From: Patescibacteria group bacterium
Lineage (GTDB): Bacteria > Patescibacteriota > Microgenomatia > JAMCZE01
Direction: 5' to 3'
DNA length: 64,000 bases
Assembly (NCBI GenBank): GCA_023485845.1
Contig: JAMCZE010000007.1
Location: 11,391-75,390 of the forward strand
Part shown: piece by piece, positions 7,562 through 17,592 of the stretch
Layout of the letters: every line of letters starts with the position of its first letter
Position numbering within the stretch: the first letter of the stretch is position 1
Position numbers and translations under genes: made by a program
The notes under the pieces: model-generated
The model's input: only the letters and a program-made list of their open reading frames with translations
What the model was told of the DNA's origin: nothing
The model's database searches: none

Positions 7562-9400
7562 ATGGCCAAAATTTCCAAACTAAAGCCGCCGCGGATTTCT
7601 TTTTCCGCTGTCGGGCAAATCATTTTTGTTTTCAAGGAGGCCTTTAAGATAATCTGGGCCGTGGAACCAGTGATCCTCCTTGGCGTCATGGTGCTGGGAA
7701 CCATTTGGGGTCTCACTACTCTGCCCACTCTCTATCTGGGCAAAGCCATCATTGACACCTCTTTAGGGGCAATCCCCAAATCCGACCCCGAACGGGTCCA
7801 GGCTGTCTACCAAGTGGCAGTGTTTATTATCCTCCTCACCCTGGTTAACATCATCCGCCAGGTGGCCTCCTCACTAACTAACACTTTCCGTTTTCGCCTC
7901 AATCTCTCAGCCGATGCTTACATGGACCGAACCTTAAGCCAAAAATTCGGCACCCTGGACATCGTCACTATCGAAAGTCCGGAGTTTCGGGATCGATTTG
8001 AAAAAATAAAAAAAGAGGGCTACCAAAGATTATGGGGATTAGTTTATGTTATGGCCCAAGTACCCCAAAACCTGTCCGGGGTTATCTCCTCTTTGGCACC
8101 AATCTTTTTGTTTAGCCCCCTGCTCCTTGTTGTCATCATTATCCTTCAGCTGCCGGTTTTAGCTTATGACCGGGTTATGACTAAAAAGGATTATGACCTC
8201 AACAGTCAGGCCGCCAACAAGAATCGGGTCTGGGGAATGATTCTTCACTTGTTAGTTAGTCCGCGTAACCCGATGGAGGCTAAACTGCTGGGCAACACTA
8301 AAAGTCTCGTTGACAAGATGCACACTCTCCAAGATGAAGTGGTGATGCCGCGAGCTAAGTTGCGAACCAACTGGGTTATTTTCGACAGTATTTTCAGCAT
8401 CCCACCCTGGATTTTTTCCGGGGGGCTGGACATTTGGCTATTTATCCAGGTTATTTTTGCCCGGATGACTTTGGGAACCGCCCAGCTTATTTTTAATGCC
8501 TACAATAATTTCAGTAACTATTTCGTCGATCTGATTGGCAATATCCTTCAGATCTACGAGCACTATCTTTATGTTATTGACTTTGTCTGGCTAATGAACC
8601 TGAAACCGCAAATGTCAAACGGCAAGAAAAAAGTTTCTCTGAAACCCCTGGCCGGGATTGAATTTAAAGATGTCTGGTTTCGCTATCCGGGAAACAACTC
8701 CTGGGTTCTTAAAGGAATAAACTTGAAAATCAGCCCAACCGATAACATCGCTATTGTCGGGGAAAACGGTGCCGGGAAAACCACTCTAATTAAATTGTTG
8801 GGGCGCTTCTATCAACCGACTAAGGGAGAAGTATTGTTTAACGGAGTCAACATCAACAATTATGACGAGGTCTCCTATTGGCGCAATATGGCGGTTTTAT
8901 TTCAGGACTTTGAAACCTATTCGTTTTCGGCTAAGGAAGCGGTGGGCTACGGCGATCCCGCCCGATTAAGTAATTTCTCGGAAATTGTCGATGCTGCCAA
9001 ACAGGCGGGTATCCACGACTACATTGAATCGTTAAAAGCCGGCTATGACACTCCCCTGCAGCGCGACTTGGAAGGTGGCATCACTCCTTCCGGCGGCCAA
9101 CTGCAGCGAATTGCCTTGGCCCGGACAATTTTTCGCCGGGCAAACATCGTCATCCTGGATGAGCCGACCAGCAATGTGGACCCCAAAGCGGAAGAGGAAA
9201 TTTTTGACAAAATTATGGCCTTAACCCGGAAGAAAATTCTTATTTTAATTTCCCACCGCTTCTCCACCGTTCGACTGGCAGATCAGATTATTGTTTTACA
9301 TAAAGGCGAGGTGGTGGAACAAGGCAGTCACGAAGAGTTAATGCGCCTCTCCGGCCACTATGCCAAACTTTATAATCTCCAGGCTAAGTGGTATAAGTAG
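7562..9400 (+). CDS. ABC exporter, fused permease-ATPase
   Basis: TM domain, GENGAGKT, SGGQ, ILDEP and ISHR motifs. Confidence 0.95.
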   Translation: MAKISKLKPPRISFSAVGQIIFVFKEAFKIIWAVEPVILLGVMVLGTIWGLTTLPTLYLGKAIIDTSLGAIPKSDPERVQAVYQVAVFIILLTLVNIIRQVASSLTNTFRFRLNLSADAYMDRTLSQKFGTLDIVTIESPEFRDRFEKIKKEGYQRLWGLVYVMAQVPQNLSGVISSLAPIFLFSPLLLVVIIILQLPVLAYDRVMTKKDYDLNSQAANKNRVWGMILHLLVSPRNPMEAKLLGNTKSLVDKMHTLQDEVVMPRAKLRTNWVIFDSIFSIPPWIFSGGLDIWLFIQVIFARMTLGTAQLIFNAYNNFSNYFVDLIGNILQIYEHYLYVIDFVWLMNLKPQMSNGKKKVSLKPLAGIEFKDVWFRYPGNNSWVLKGINLKISPTDNIAIVGENGAGKTTLIKLLGRFYQPTKGEVLFNGVNINNYDEVSYWRNMAVLFQDFETYSFSAKEAVGYGDPARLSNFSEIVDAAKQAGIHDYIESLKAGYDTPLQRDLEGGITPSGGQLQRIALARTIFRRANIVILDEPTSNVDPKAEEEIFDKIMALTRKKILILISHRFSTVRLADQIIVLHKGEVVEQGSHEELMRLSGHYAKLYNLQAKWYK

Positions 9401-9613
9401 ACCTATATCCTGTCGAACCAAAATTTTGGCGTAATTGGGGATATCTTTGTTCCAGCTGTAGGCGCTGCTGATCATGCATCCGCCGAGCAAAGTCCGGATT
9501 AAGAAATGAAAGAAGACGAATTCTGGCTGAAGAGCGAAATCGCAATTTTCTTTCTTGCCCCGATAACATTAAGATCAGTGTACACCAAGCAAGGTTTGGT
9601 GTAAATTGGCATC

Positions 9614-10321
9614 ATGAAAGTGCTGCTTTATGGCCGGCATGGAAGCTACCCCCAAGAAATAGAAAATCTGGTTAAGTCTTTCGGGCTGGAGATTGTCCGG
9701 AAGAATCCGGAGGTAGTTATCACTTTTGGCGGGGATGGGACATTTTTGGGGGCGGAGCGGGACTGGCCGGAGGTTCCCAAGCTCTATCTGCGCGACAGCG
9801 GCACCTGCTTTCATTGCAGTCCGTTGCCCAACGAAGAACTCTTAAAACTTTTCGTCAACCACAAATTGCCGACTCAAGAGTTTTTAAAACTAGAAGCCAC
9901 CGTCAACGGAAAAGCCGTCACAGCTCTCAACGATGTCGTTATCGCCCACCAAACCCCAAATGGTGCCATCAGATTTACTGTTGACAATGAGCCGGAGTTA
10001 ATCGGTGACGGTGTTGTTATTGCCACCCCCTTTGGCTCCACTGCCTATTTTTATTCCATCACCAAGACCACATTTACTAAAGGGATCGGCCTGGCTTTTA
10101 ATAATGTCCATAATTTGAAAATCCGGGAAAAAATTCTTGCTGAAAACGCCCAGATTTCTGTTGCCATCACCCGTGGCCCGGCCGTTTTATCCGCCGACAA
10201 CAATCCGCAGCTAATTAGTCTGGAAACAGGAGATAAAGTCACCGTTAAGAAGGCAGCCGACACAGCGAAAATCCTGACAAGTGCGACTTTTGCACCAAGT
10301 GAAGGTCAGTGGTTGTCATAA
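9614..10321 (+). CDS. nadK: NAD kinase
   Basis: GGDGT, ALND and DGVVIATPFGSTAY motifs. Confidence 0.9.
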   Translation: MKVLLYGRHGSYPQEIENLVKSFGLEIVRKNPEVVITFGGDGTFLGAERDWPEVPKLYLRDSGTCFHCSPLPNEELLKLFVNHKLPTQEFLKLEATVNGKAVTALNDVVIAHQTPNGAIRFTVDNEPELIGDGVVIATPFGSTAYFYSITKTTFTKGIGLAFNNVHNLKIREKILAENAQISVAITRGPAVLSADNNPQLISLETGDKVTVKKAADTAKILTSATFAPSEGQWLS

Positions 10322-11237
10322 TGGTTTGCTGTTTAGGAATCACTTCCAAAATGCGGTGGCGGTTAGTCGGGTCTAACTCGGAGAAAATGTCATCCAAAAG
10401 AAGCAATGGTTTTTCATTGGTCGCTTTTTCCACATAATCCAACTCCTTCAGTTTAATGTCAAAGATGGCCAGGCGCTGCTCTCCCCGGCTACCAAAACTC
10501 TTCATGTTCTTACCATTGATAATCACTTTAAAATCATCGCGGTGCGGGCCGACCAGTGTCATGGCTGCAGCCACTTCTTCTGCACGGTACTTTTCCAGCC
10601 GTTCGGCGGAAATGACACTGTGGTCATAAATCAATCCTAAAAAATCGAGAAATACTTTGCGTCTTTGGTGAATGATCCCGCCATTCTCAATAAGCAGCTT
10701 ATCCCAATAGTCAAATTGTGTCCTGGTCACTAGCCTCTGATCCCTAGCCACTCGTAAGAGCCGATTTCGCGCCCGCAGCGCCCGTTCATAGATAGAAGCC
10801 GCCAGGCGGTAGTCCTTGTGCGCTTGGGCCAAAACCAAGTCTAAATACTGGCGCCGGGTGGATGGGGAGTCCGCCACGATTTCAATGTCCTGCGGGGAAA
10901 AAGCCACCACCCGCAGCCAGCCGGCAAAATCCACCAGCCGCTTTCCCACCCCGTTAACCCGATATAGTTTCTGAAATCTCTCCCGTCCGTCCCAAATAAT
11001 TTCCAAAGTTGTGTCATCCAACTCTCCTACTATCCTACTTACTTTCTCTCCCACTCTTGTCTGCTCTCGCTCGTTTTCCGCCCGAAAACTTTTGCCGGTG
11101 GCTAATTCATAAATTGCCTCCAAAACATTGGTTTTGCCCACGGCATTATCTCCAACAATCAGCGTAGTCCCCGGGGAAAATCCAAATTCCCGCTTGGTGT
11201 AATTTCGGAAATTTTGCAACGACAGTTTTTTCAGCAC
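10245..11237 (-). CDS. recF: DNA replication/repair protein RecF
   Basis: NFRNY, GDNAVGKTN, GPHRDD, SRGEQR and LLLLDDIFSELD motifs. Confidence 0.95.
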   Translation of the reverse strand: MLKKLSLQNFRNYTKREFGFSPGTTLIVGDNAVGKTNVLEAIYELATGKSFRAENEREQTRVGEKVSRIVGELDDTTLEIIWDGRERFQKLYRVNGVGKRLVDFAGWLRVVAFSPQDIEIVADSPSTRRQYLDLVLAQAHKDYRLAASIYERALRARNRLLRVARDQRLVTRTQFDYWDKLLIENGGIIHQRRKVFLDFLGLIYDHSVISAERLEKYRAEEVAAAMTLVGPHRDDFKVIINGKNMKSFGSRGEQRLAIFDIKLKELDYVEKATNEKPLLLLDDIFSELDPTNRHRILEVIPKQQTIMTTTDLHLVQKSHLSGFSLCRLPS

Positions 11238-11296
11238 GTCCCCATTTTACCTGTCCCGGCTTGACAAATAAAGCAGAGAGAGAGAGAATAGGCCAA

Positions 11297-11500
11297 ATGC
11301 ACGAAGGAGAGTTCTCTGACGAGCCAGCTATCTTTTACTGCTCTCATCATGAAGAAAGACCAGCAAGTCGTGACGGTGGCATACACGATTTAGAGGGTCG
11401 CCTTATTGTTATCCAAAATTGTAGGCCATGTTTGGAGGCTCTAGCACTACCCCTTCTTGAAAATATCACTAAGACAATCGCAAATATGAAGGGTGTCTAA
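11297..11500 (+). CDS. Small hypothetical protein, possibly metal-binding
   Basis: TTGACA at 11261 upstream; CxxH...CxxC. Confidence 0.45.
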   Translation: MHEGEFSDEPAIFYCSHHEERPASRDGGIHDLEGRLIVIQNCRPCLEALALPLLENITKTIANMKGV

Positions 11501-12355
11501 CTACTTCTGACACTTAGGGCAGAAGAATGTTCCCCGGCCGCCGAGGCGGCTCACAGTAATAGTTTTTCCACAACGGGGACAAGGTTGGCCCTGTTTTTGA
11601 TAGACCACAAAGTGTTCCTGCATATGGCCCTTTTTGCCCTCCACATTCACGAATGCTTCGTCGGCGGCACTGCTGCCGCCATATTTTAGCCCCTTCTCTA
11701 GGACTTCTCTTACACACTTGTGCAACTCTCCCACTTTCCTGCTTTCCAGCTCTCTGGCTCTCTTCATCGGTGAAATTCCCGCGCACCAAAGGGCCTCGTT
11801 GGCATAAATGTTGCCAATCCCGGCGATCTTGCCCTGTTCCATCAAAAGCAGCTTGATCGGCCGGCCCCAATTGGCGCAGATCTTAGCTAAATATTCCGGA
11901 GTAAATTCTTTTCCTAACGCCTCCGGCCCAAATTTTTCATTGCTCATTGCCAATTGCTCATTGCTCATTACGCGGACCCAGCCAAATTGGCGCATATCGT
12001 TGAAAAATAATTTCGCATTGTTGTCCAGGCTGAAGATTACGTGGGTGGTTTTGCCCGGCAGTGTCATCCCGGCAAAGGGAATCCCCTGAGAGAAAGAAAT
12101 TGTTTCGGCGGTGCCATGGCCATAAACTAATTGTCCGGTCATCTTGAGATGAACCACGATATTTTTCCCGTTATCCAATCTCAAAACTATAATCTTAGCT
12201 CTCCTTTGGACATCAGTGATTCTAGAACCTAGAACCTGATCCCTAGAACCTTCCCACATCTTGGCCAGCCGGACGTCAACGTCCACGATCGTCCGGCCGA
12301 TCAATTTGTCGGCCAATTGTGTCCTAATGGTCTCAACTTCTGGTAACTCCGGCAT
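11501..12355 (-). CDS. mutM: Formamidopyrimidine-DNA glycosylase
   Basis: MPELPEVE, HLKMTG, GIGNIY and C-terminal zinc finger. Confidence 0.97.
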   Translation of the reverse strand: MPELPEVETIRTQLADKLIGRTIVDVDVRLAKMWEGSRDQVLGSRITDVQRRAKIIVLRLDNGKNIVVHLKMTGQLVYGHGTAETISFSQGIPFAGMTLPGKTTHVIFSLDNNAKLFFNDMRQFGWVRVMSNEQLAMSNEKFGPEALGKEFTPEYLAKICANWGRPIKLLLMEQGKIAGIGNIYANEALWCAGISPMKRARELESRKVGELHKCVREVLEKGLKYGGSSAADEAFVNVEGKKGHMQEHFVVYQKQGQPCPRCGKTITVSRLGGRGTFFCPKCQK

Positions 12356-13448
12356 AGACTAGCTCCTTCATCTTTTTAATAAATATTTCTTTTGAGAACT
12401 TAGCCGCCTGTTTTTGACAGTCTGCTTTTTTAATTTTCATCTTCTCCACTCGCTTAATTGCTTCCACCAGGCTTTCAACATTATAGTCGGAAAAGAATGT
12501 TCCCGTCTTGCCTTCCACCACCGTCTCTAGATAGCCCCCGGAGCCGTAGGCCACCACTGGCGTTCCTGCCGCCATCGCTTCCACCGGCGTGATCCCAAAA
12601 TCTTCATCCTTCGCCAAGGCCAGAAAAGCCGTGGCGTTTTTATATAAGCCCGCTAACTGTTCATCCGGCACCCGGCCGAGAAATTCAACATTCTTGTGAG
12701 CCAGCTTTTCAATGTTTTTTTGTTCAGTGAAGATGCCGGAATACTCGCCCACTACCTTGAGACTGGCTCCTAATTTTCCGGTGGCTTCAATTGCCAAATC
12801 GACCCCCTTAAAACTGGCAACGCGCCCGGCCACAAGAAAATAACCACTTTCATAAGACGTGGTCTTGCCTCGCAAGACCACGTCTTGCAAATCTACTGGG
12901 GGATAAATTACCACTGCATCCTTTCGATAGAATTTTTTAATCCTCCTGGCAACTTCATGAGAATTAGCTAAAAACGCATCAACTCGTTGTGCTCCAAACC
13001 AATCATAGAGCCGAAGGAAATGGCTAATTATGACTTTATAAACTTGGGCATACCAATACTTGCGGTAGTCCATCCCCGGATAGCCGTATAAAAACCGCGG
13101 CGGAGTGTGACAATAACAAATTACTCGCACATGTTTGGGAATGCGCACTGGTTTGGTCAGATAGCCGCTGCTGGAAAGAATCACCAAATCATACTTTGAA
13201 AAATCAAAACTCTCCCAGATCAGCGGGACCAGAAAGCGCAGGGAGCTATGAAGATTTTTGTAGCGGATCAACCAGTTGGCCCAAGACGGGATAAGTCGAG
13301 CTCCGGCAAAGGCACGGGCGGCGGTGGAACCCGGCGTCACAAAAGCGGTGTAGATTGGCGCGTCGGGAAATATCTCGTGCAGGGCCATTAAAACCCGCTC
13401 CGCCCCCCCGAACTCTTTAATATAGTCATGAACCAAGGCGATCTTCAT
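12333..13448 (-). CDS. Glycosyltransferase family 4
   Basis: GGAERV and EDFGITPVEAMAAG motifs. Confidence 0.93.
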   Translation of the reverse strand: MKIALVHDYIKEFGGAERVLMALHEIFPDAPIYTAFVTPGSTAARAFAGARLIPSWANWLIRYKNLHSSLRFLVPLIWESFDFSKYDLVILSSSGYLTKPVRIPKHVRVICYCHTPPRFLYGYPGMDYRKYWYAQVYKVIISHFLRLYDWFGAQRVDAFLANSHEVARRIKKFYRKDAVVIYPPVDLQDVVLRGKTTSYESGYFLVAGRVASFKGVDLAIEATGKLGASLKVVGEYSGIFTEQKNIEKLAHKNVEFLGRVPDEQLAGLYKNATAFLALAKDEDFGITPVEAMAAGTPVVAYGSGGYLETVVEGKTGTFFSDYNVESLVEAIKRVEKMKIKKADCQKQAAKFSKEIFIKKMKELVYAGVTRS

Positions 13449-14338
13449 ATAAATTTCAATTGAGCATTATTTTTAATGTGTTCTTTCTCCACCCGCTCAA
13501 CGATAGTTTTGAAACCCAGTGTCTCCTTCATATATTTAACCCCATTTTGCCAGTTGATGTCTTGCACCTGGGCGCTGGTCAAATCAAGATGAACCGGAAC
13601 ATTAGTAACAATCCTCGCCAATTTTTGCGACAGCCCGGCCAGCTCGGCTCCCTCGGCCAGTTTTTTGGCAATTTTTGGCTCAACTTTATCCAGATTTTTA
13701 TACAAATTTTCTAATGTGCCAAGCTGGGCAATAAGCTTTTCGGCAGTCTTTGGCCCGATCCCTGCTACCCCGGGATAGTTATCAGAAGCATCGCCCTTAA
13801 GGGCTTTAACATCCACCCATTGATGGGGGAGAACTCCGAATTCGGCGCGTACGGCCACTTCATCATAAATTTTAGTTTCTGATAATCCCTTAACCGGCAC
13901 ACAGACTTTAACATGAGAGTTCACCAACTGAAGCATATCCCGATCCCCGGTGACAATAACTACCTCGCAGTTTGCCTGCTGCGCTAAAGTGCCAATGATG
14001 TCGTCCGCTTCAAAACCGGCCACTTCGAAAAAAGAAATTTTTAGAGCCTCCAGGAGTTTATGAACCAGGGGGATTTGGCTGGTCAGATTGCCTTCCATCT
14101 CCGGTCGTTTACCCTGATATTGCGTATAAAGCTGCTGGCGAAACGTGGGGGCGGGAAGGTCAAAAGCCACCGCCAAATAGTCCGGCTTTAAATCCGCCAA
14201 CACCCGCAGCAGCATGGTGACAAAGCCATAAACGGCATTAGTTTGCAGACCAGTCCGGCTCGTCAGCGGCGGCAGAGCATGATAGGCCCGGTGCAAAATC
14301 GCATGCCCGTCAATGAGAACTAACTTGACATTCTCCAT
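13445..14338 (-). CDS. Stand-alone 5'-3' exonuclease (PolA N-terminal domain)
   Basis: LIDG, TNAVYGF, EADDIIG, GDASDNYPGV and GIGPKTA; no polymerase domain. Confidence 0.93.
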   Translation of the reverse strand: MENVKLVLIDGHAILHRAYHALPPLTSRTGLQTNAVYGFVTMLLRVLADLKPDYLAVAFDLPAPTFRQQLYTQYQGKRPEMEGNLTSQIPLVHKLLEALKISFFEVAGFEADDIIGTLAQQANCEVVIVTGDRDMLQLVNSHVKVCVPVKGLSETKIYDEVAVRAEFGVLPHQWVDVKALKGDASDNYPGVAGIGPKTAEKLIAQLGTLENLYKNLDKVEPKIAKKLAEGAELAGLSQKLARIVTNVPVHLDLTSAQVQDINWQNGVKYMKETLGFKTIVERVEKEHIKNNAQLKFI

Positions 14339-14360
14339 AATTTATTGTACTATCTTTTAC

Positions 14361-14440
14361 AAAGACCGTAGCTTGGGGAACCAACCCAATAAGTTGCTTT
14401 GACCCAAGTCGATTCGCAAGAATCCTCGGTCTTATTTTTT
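14361..14440 (+). ncRNA. Candidate small structured RNA
   Basis: TTGACA(14325)-17 nt-TACTAT(14348) promoter with no ORF; closing stem AAGACCG/CGGTCTT, inner stems and T-tail. Confidence 0.5.
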
Positions 14441-14648
14441 ATCCGTTAACCCCATCTCTAAAATAAAAAGGAAAATCCTTAGGGCGACTTGCTGATCGCC
14501 GATGAGCTTGTAAAATAAGTCGCTTTGCCTTGCCGGGGATTAAGATGCTAAAATTATCACCATTGGAGAAAGCGAACACGGTATTTTTTGTGTCCGCCAG
14601 TAATCCACTAACATCGACCTCAACTTGTTGTGATCCCTTTTTTCTCAT
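14439..14648 (-). CDS. Small hypothetical protein
   Basis: 69 aa from MRKKG; overlaps the ftsH end. Confidence 0.4.
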   Translation of the reverse strand: MRKKGSQQVEVDVSGLLADTKNTVFAFSNGDNFSILIPGKAKRLILQAHRRSASRPKDFPFYFRDGVNG

Positions 14649-16524
14649 GGCCCATGAGTCTTTCAAACTCCTCCCCTTCCAGAGTTTCTTTGGCAATCAG
14701 TTCTGCTGACACCTTATCCAGAAGCTTGCGGTTTTTCTTTAAAATGGAAACTGCCAGTTTGTAGCCGTCATCAATTAATTTGCGCACTGCCTCGTCAATC
14801 TTCCCCGCCATTTCCTCCGACAATTTTTGCGGTTCCAGATAGGTTTTTCCCATATAACTTTGCTCCTCTGCTCCGAAATTAATCGGACCTAAAGCGCTCA
14901 TTCCAAACTCCATCACCATCTCCCGGGCAATCCCGGTGGCTTGAGAAATGTCCGAGGCTGCCCCAGTGGTCATCTCGGAAAAAACCATTTCTTCGGCCGC
15001 CCGGCCACCCAACATGGCAGCAATTTGTTCGACTAAATGGGATTTGGTTTCGTGGAGCCGGTCGGCGGTGGGCGGAATTAAAGTGTGGCCCAGGCTCATC
15101 CCGCGGGACACAATGCTAATCCGGTGCACCGGGTCCATATGCGGCAGTTCATGGGTGACGATGGCGTGGCCGGCCTCGTGATAGGCGGTCATTTTTTTGT
15201 CCAAATCACTTTGGATTCGTTTCTTTTGGGGACCCAGTTTCACTTTAGTGGCGGCCTCTTCAATGTCCTCCATGGCAATTTTTGTCCGGTCATGGCGGGC
15301 CGCTTCAATGGCCGCCTCGTTAAGCATATTTTCCAAATCCGCTCCAGAAAAACCAACCGTTCGCTTGGCCACCTTGTCCCAGTCGATCTCCTCCTCAAAC
15401 GGCTTATTCTTCATATGCACCTTTAAAATCGCCAGGCGGCCTTCTTTATCGGGCAAATCTAAAACCACCCGGCGGTCAAAACGCCCCGGGCGAAGCAGTG
15501 CCGGATCCAAAAGATCGCCGCGATTAGTTGCCGCAATCACCACCACTTGTTCGTTGGGTTCAAATCCGTCCATTTCGATTAAAATCTGGTTTAGGGTCTG
15601 CTCCCGTTCATCATGGCCGCCGATTGCCCCTAGGGACCGGGTCCGACCAATGGCATCAATCTCGTCGATAAAGATAATTGCCGGCTTGTTCTTTTTGGCC
15701 GTCTGAAAGAGATCGCGGGCTCTGGAGGCCCCAACTCCGACTAACATTTCCATAAACTCCGAGCCGGCCATGGAGAAAAACGGCACCCCCGCCTCCCCGG
15801 CCACGGCCTTGGCCAAAAGCGTTTTCCCAGTTCCGCTTGGCCCCACCAACAAAACCCCTTTGGGCGTCCTTGCTCCTAAGGCCGCGTATTTCTTGGGGTT
15901 TTTCAAAAAATCGACCACTTCTTCCAATTCCCGTTTGGCCTCATCAACCCCAGCCACGTCTTTAAAAGTCACTTTGGGCATGGCTTTGTTATATAGTTTG
16001 GCCGGGCTCTGACCGAAGGAAAAAAGGGAGTTGGTCCCGGCCATTTGCCGCCGATAAAGCCAAAAGATTAGCACGAAAAAAAGGACTATTGGCCCAAATT
16101 GGAGAAAAGTATTTACCCAGAAATTCTTAGTAATGTCGTTCTGGTTGACTAAAGTAATATTGCTAGGATCGAGCGCCAGCTGGTCCTTAGAAAAAAGCGT
16201 TTGATTCAAATCCTGATTGGGATCCTTGCGGGAATCGACAATAGTTCCGTCTTTATACTTCACCGTCAGGTCGCTGTCGGAAACCTCAATTCGGGAAACC
16301 TTGCCGGCCTTGGCGTCGGCCAGCACCTGGGAAATCGGTTCCACTTTATTTTGTGGTTGGTTATCAATGAAACTGCTGATTGTGAGGATCACCAACAAGA
16401 TCACCAGGGCGTAGAGAATAAGGTTCTTTAGGTCAAACCGCATCTCCATTTTAAAAACGCGGGTGGCCTTTTTCCCGTTGCCATTGCCGTTTCGTTTACC
16501 TGATGATGGTGTTTGGGGAAACAT
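14620..16524 (-). CDS. ftsH: ATP-dependent zinc metalloprotease FtsH
   Basis: Two TMs, [21 protein letters not shown] and HEAGH; start approximate. Confidence 0.97.
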   Translation of the reverse strand: MFPQTPSSGKRNGNGNGKKATRVFKMEMRFDLKNLILYALVILLVILTISSFIDNQPQNKVEPISQVLADAKAGKVSRIEVSDSDLTVKYKDGTIVDSRKDPNQDLNQTLFSKDQLALDPSNITLVNQNDITKNFWVNTFLQFGPIVLFFVLIFWLYRRQMAGTNSLFSFGQSPAKLYNKAMPKVTFKDVAGVDEAKRELEEVVDFLKNPKKYAALGARTPKGVLLVGPSGTGKTLLAKAVAGEAGVPFFSMAGSEFMEMLVGVGASRARDLFQTAKKNKPAIIFIDEIDAIGRTRSLGAIGGHDEREQTLNQILIEMDGFEPNEQVVVIAATNRGDLLDPALLRPGRFDRRVVLDLPDKEGRLAILKVHMKNKPFEEEIDWDKVAKRTVGFSGADLENMLNEAAIEAARHDRTKIAMEDIEEAATKVKLGPQKKRIQSDLDKKMTAYHEAGHAIVTHELPHMDPVHRISIVSRGMSLGHTLIPPTADRLHETKSHLVEQIAAMLGGRAAEEMVFSEMTTGAASDISQATGIAREMVMEFGMSALGPINFGAEEQSYMGKTYLEPQKLSEEMAGKIDEAVRKLIDDGYKLAVSILKKNRKLLDKVSAELIAKETLEGEEFERLMGHEKKGITTS

Positions 16525-16834
16525 CTTTGTCAAAGTTATATAAAATGGCTTCGTCGGTTCCGGCCGCAACTAACATCCCTTCACTGACCAGTTCCCGATC
16601 CCCTATCTTAAACCTTTTTGGCACCAAATTCACCACGAAAATTAATTTTTTCCCTTTTAACGATTCTGGGGTGTACCACTGTTTAATCCCGGCATAAATT
16701 ACTCGTTGAAATTCTCCAAAATTAACCTTCAATTCCACTAATCTCTCGCTTCCTTCCACTTCCCGCGCCTCTATTATCTCCCCCACCCTGAGATCAAGCT
16801 TGGAAAAATCGCTAAAATCAATCTGTGGTTTCAC
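16496..16834 (-). CDS. tRNA-binding OB-fold protein (Trbp111/CsaA/MetRS C-terminal-like)
   Basis: DFSKLDLRVG...VVNL.P...SEGM pattern. Confidence 0.9.
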   Translation of the reverse strand: MKPQIDFSDFSKLDLRVGEIIEAREVEGSERLVELKVNFGEFQRVIYAGIKQWYTPESLKGKKLIFVVNLVPKRFKIGDRELVSEGMLVAAGTDEAILYNFDKDVSPNTIIR

Positions 16835-16852
16835 AGGGGAATTTTACCACGT

Positions 16853-17101
16853 TTATTCTTCTGGTTTTTTAGAATTATCTAGTACACCTTTTGGACACCA
16901 AGCTTTTTCGTCTATTGAGTCAACATTAACTCGCCAGCCCAATTTAATCCCTGCCATTTGGGCCATGTTCGGGTTCGCCAATAGCAAGCAAACCCAACCA
17001 TCGACATTCCTTGATAAGGCGAAACAGGCGTTTTCTGTCCCCATCCCACAACCTGGATGCCTCACTTCTTTTTCAGTCAAAAGTCCCTCTTCTTTTCCCA
17101 T
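16853..17101 (-). CDS. Hypothetical Cys-containing protein
   Basis: 82-aa ORF, operonic with 17105-17488. Confidence 0.5.
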   Translation of the reverse strand: MGKEEGLLTEKEVRHPGCGMGTENACFALSRNVDGWVCLLLANPNMAQMAGIKLGWRVNVDSIDEKAWCPKGVLDNSKKPEE

Positions 17102-17104
17102 AAC

Positions 17105-17488
17105 TCACCTCCTCCACCAACCAGCCGGTCGATCAATGTGGGCAATATGAGCCTTGCATCGGGGATTTTCTTCAATCACGACATCCCGCTCTAAATTATG
17201 AGCAACCAGCCGCACTGCCGTACAGATTTGATCACCGGTTATTGTTGGCCCAAAGCGCCAAACGCAATGATCTGAATCACCATAGGGGCAGGTTGTAACC
17301 CGAACTGCCTTCTCCACTTCTCCAGTCTTTTTCTTAGTATCAGCGTTGTACCACTCAATATCCACAAAGACTTCTCCTTTAAAATCTTTCGTCGGGTCAA
17401 AATCTCCCCTTAAAGGATCGTTAGCAATACGATCCTCGTAGGTCCTAACTGTCATTTCCTTGTTTTTTTCAAAACTCAACTCTTCCAT
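17105..17488 (-). CDS. Hypothetical protein
   Basis: 127-aa ORF with four Cys. Confidence 0.55.
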   Translation of the reverse strand: MEELSFEKNKEMTVRTYEDRIANDPLRGDFDPTKDFKGEVFVDIEWYNADTKKKTGEVEKAVRVTTCPYGDSDHCVWRFGPTITGDQICTAVRLVAHNLERDVVIEENPRCKAHIAHIDRPAGWWRR

Positions 17489-17592
17489 AGCAATGTCAAT
17501 TTTGTCATTCTCTTAATTACACCGCTTGATAATGAACTTACAATTGTCTACCAACATGAATTCGCATTCATTCGGTGATATAATTGTGAGGT

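Noticed and set aside
11275-11286. (AG)6 in a promoter spacer as a phase-variation switch
   Set aside because: The tract is short and the -10 is poor; read-level length variation would be needed.
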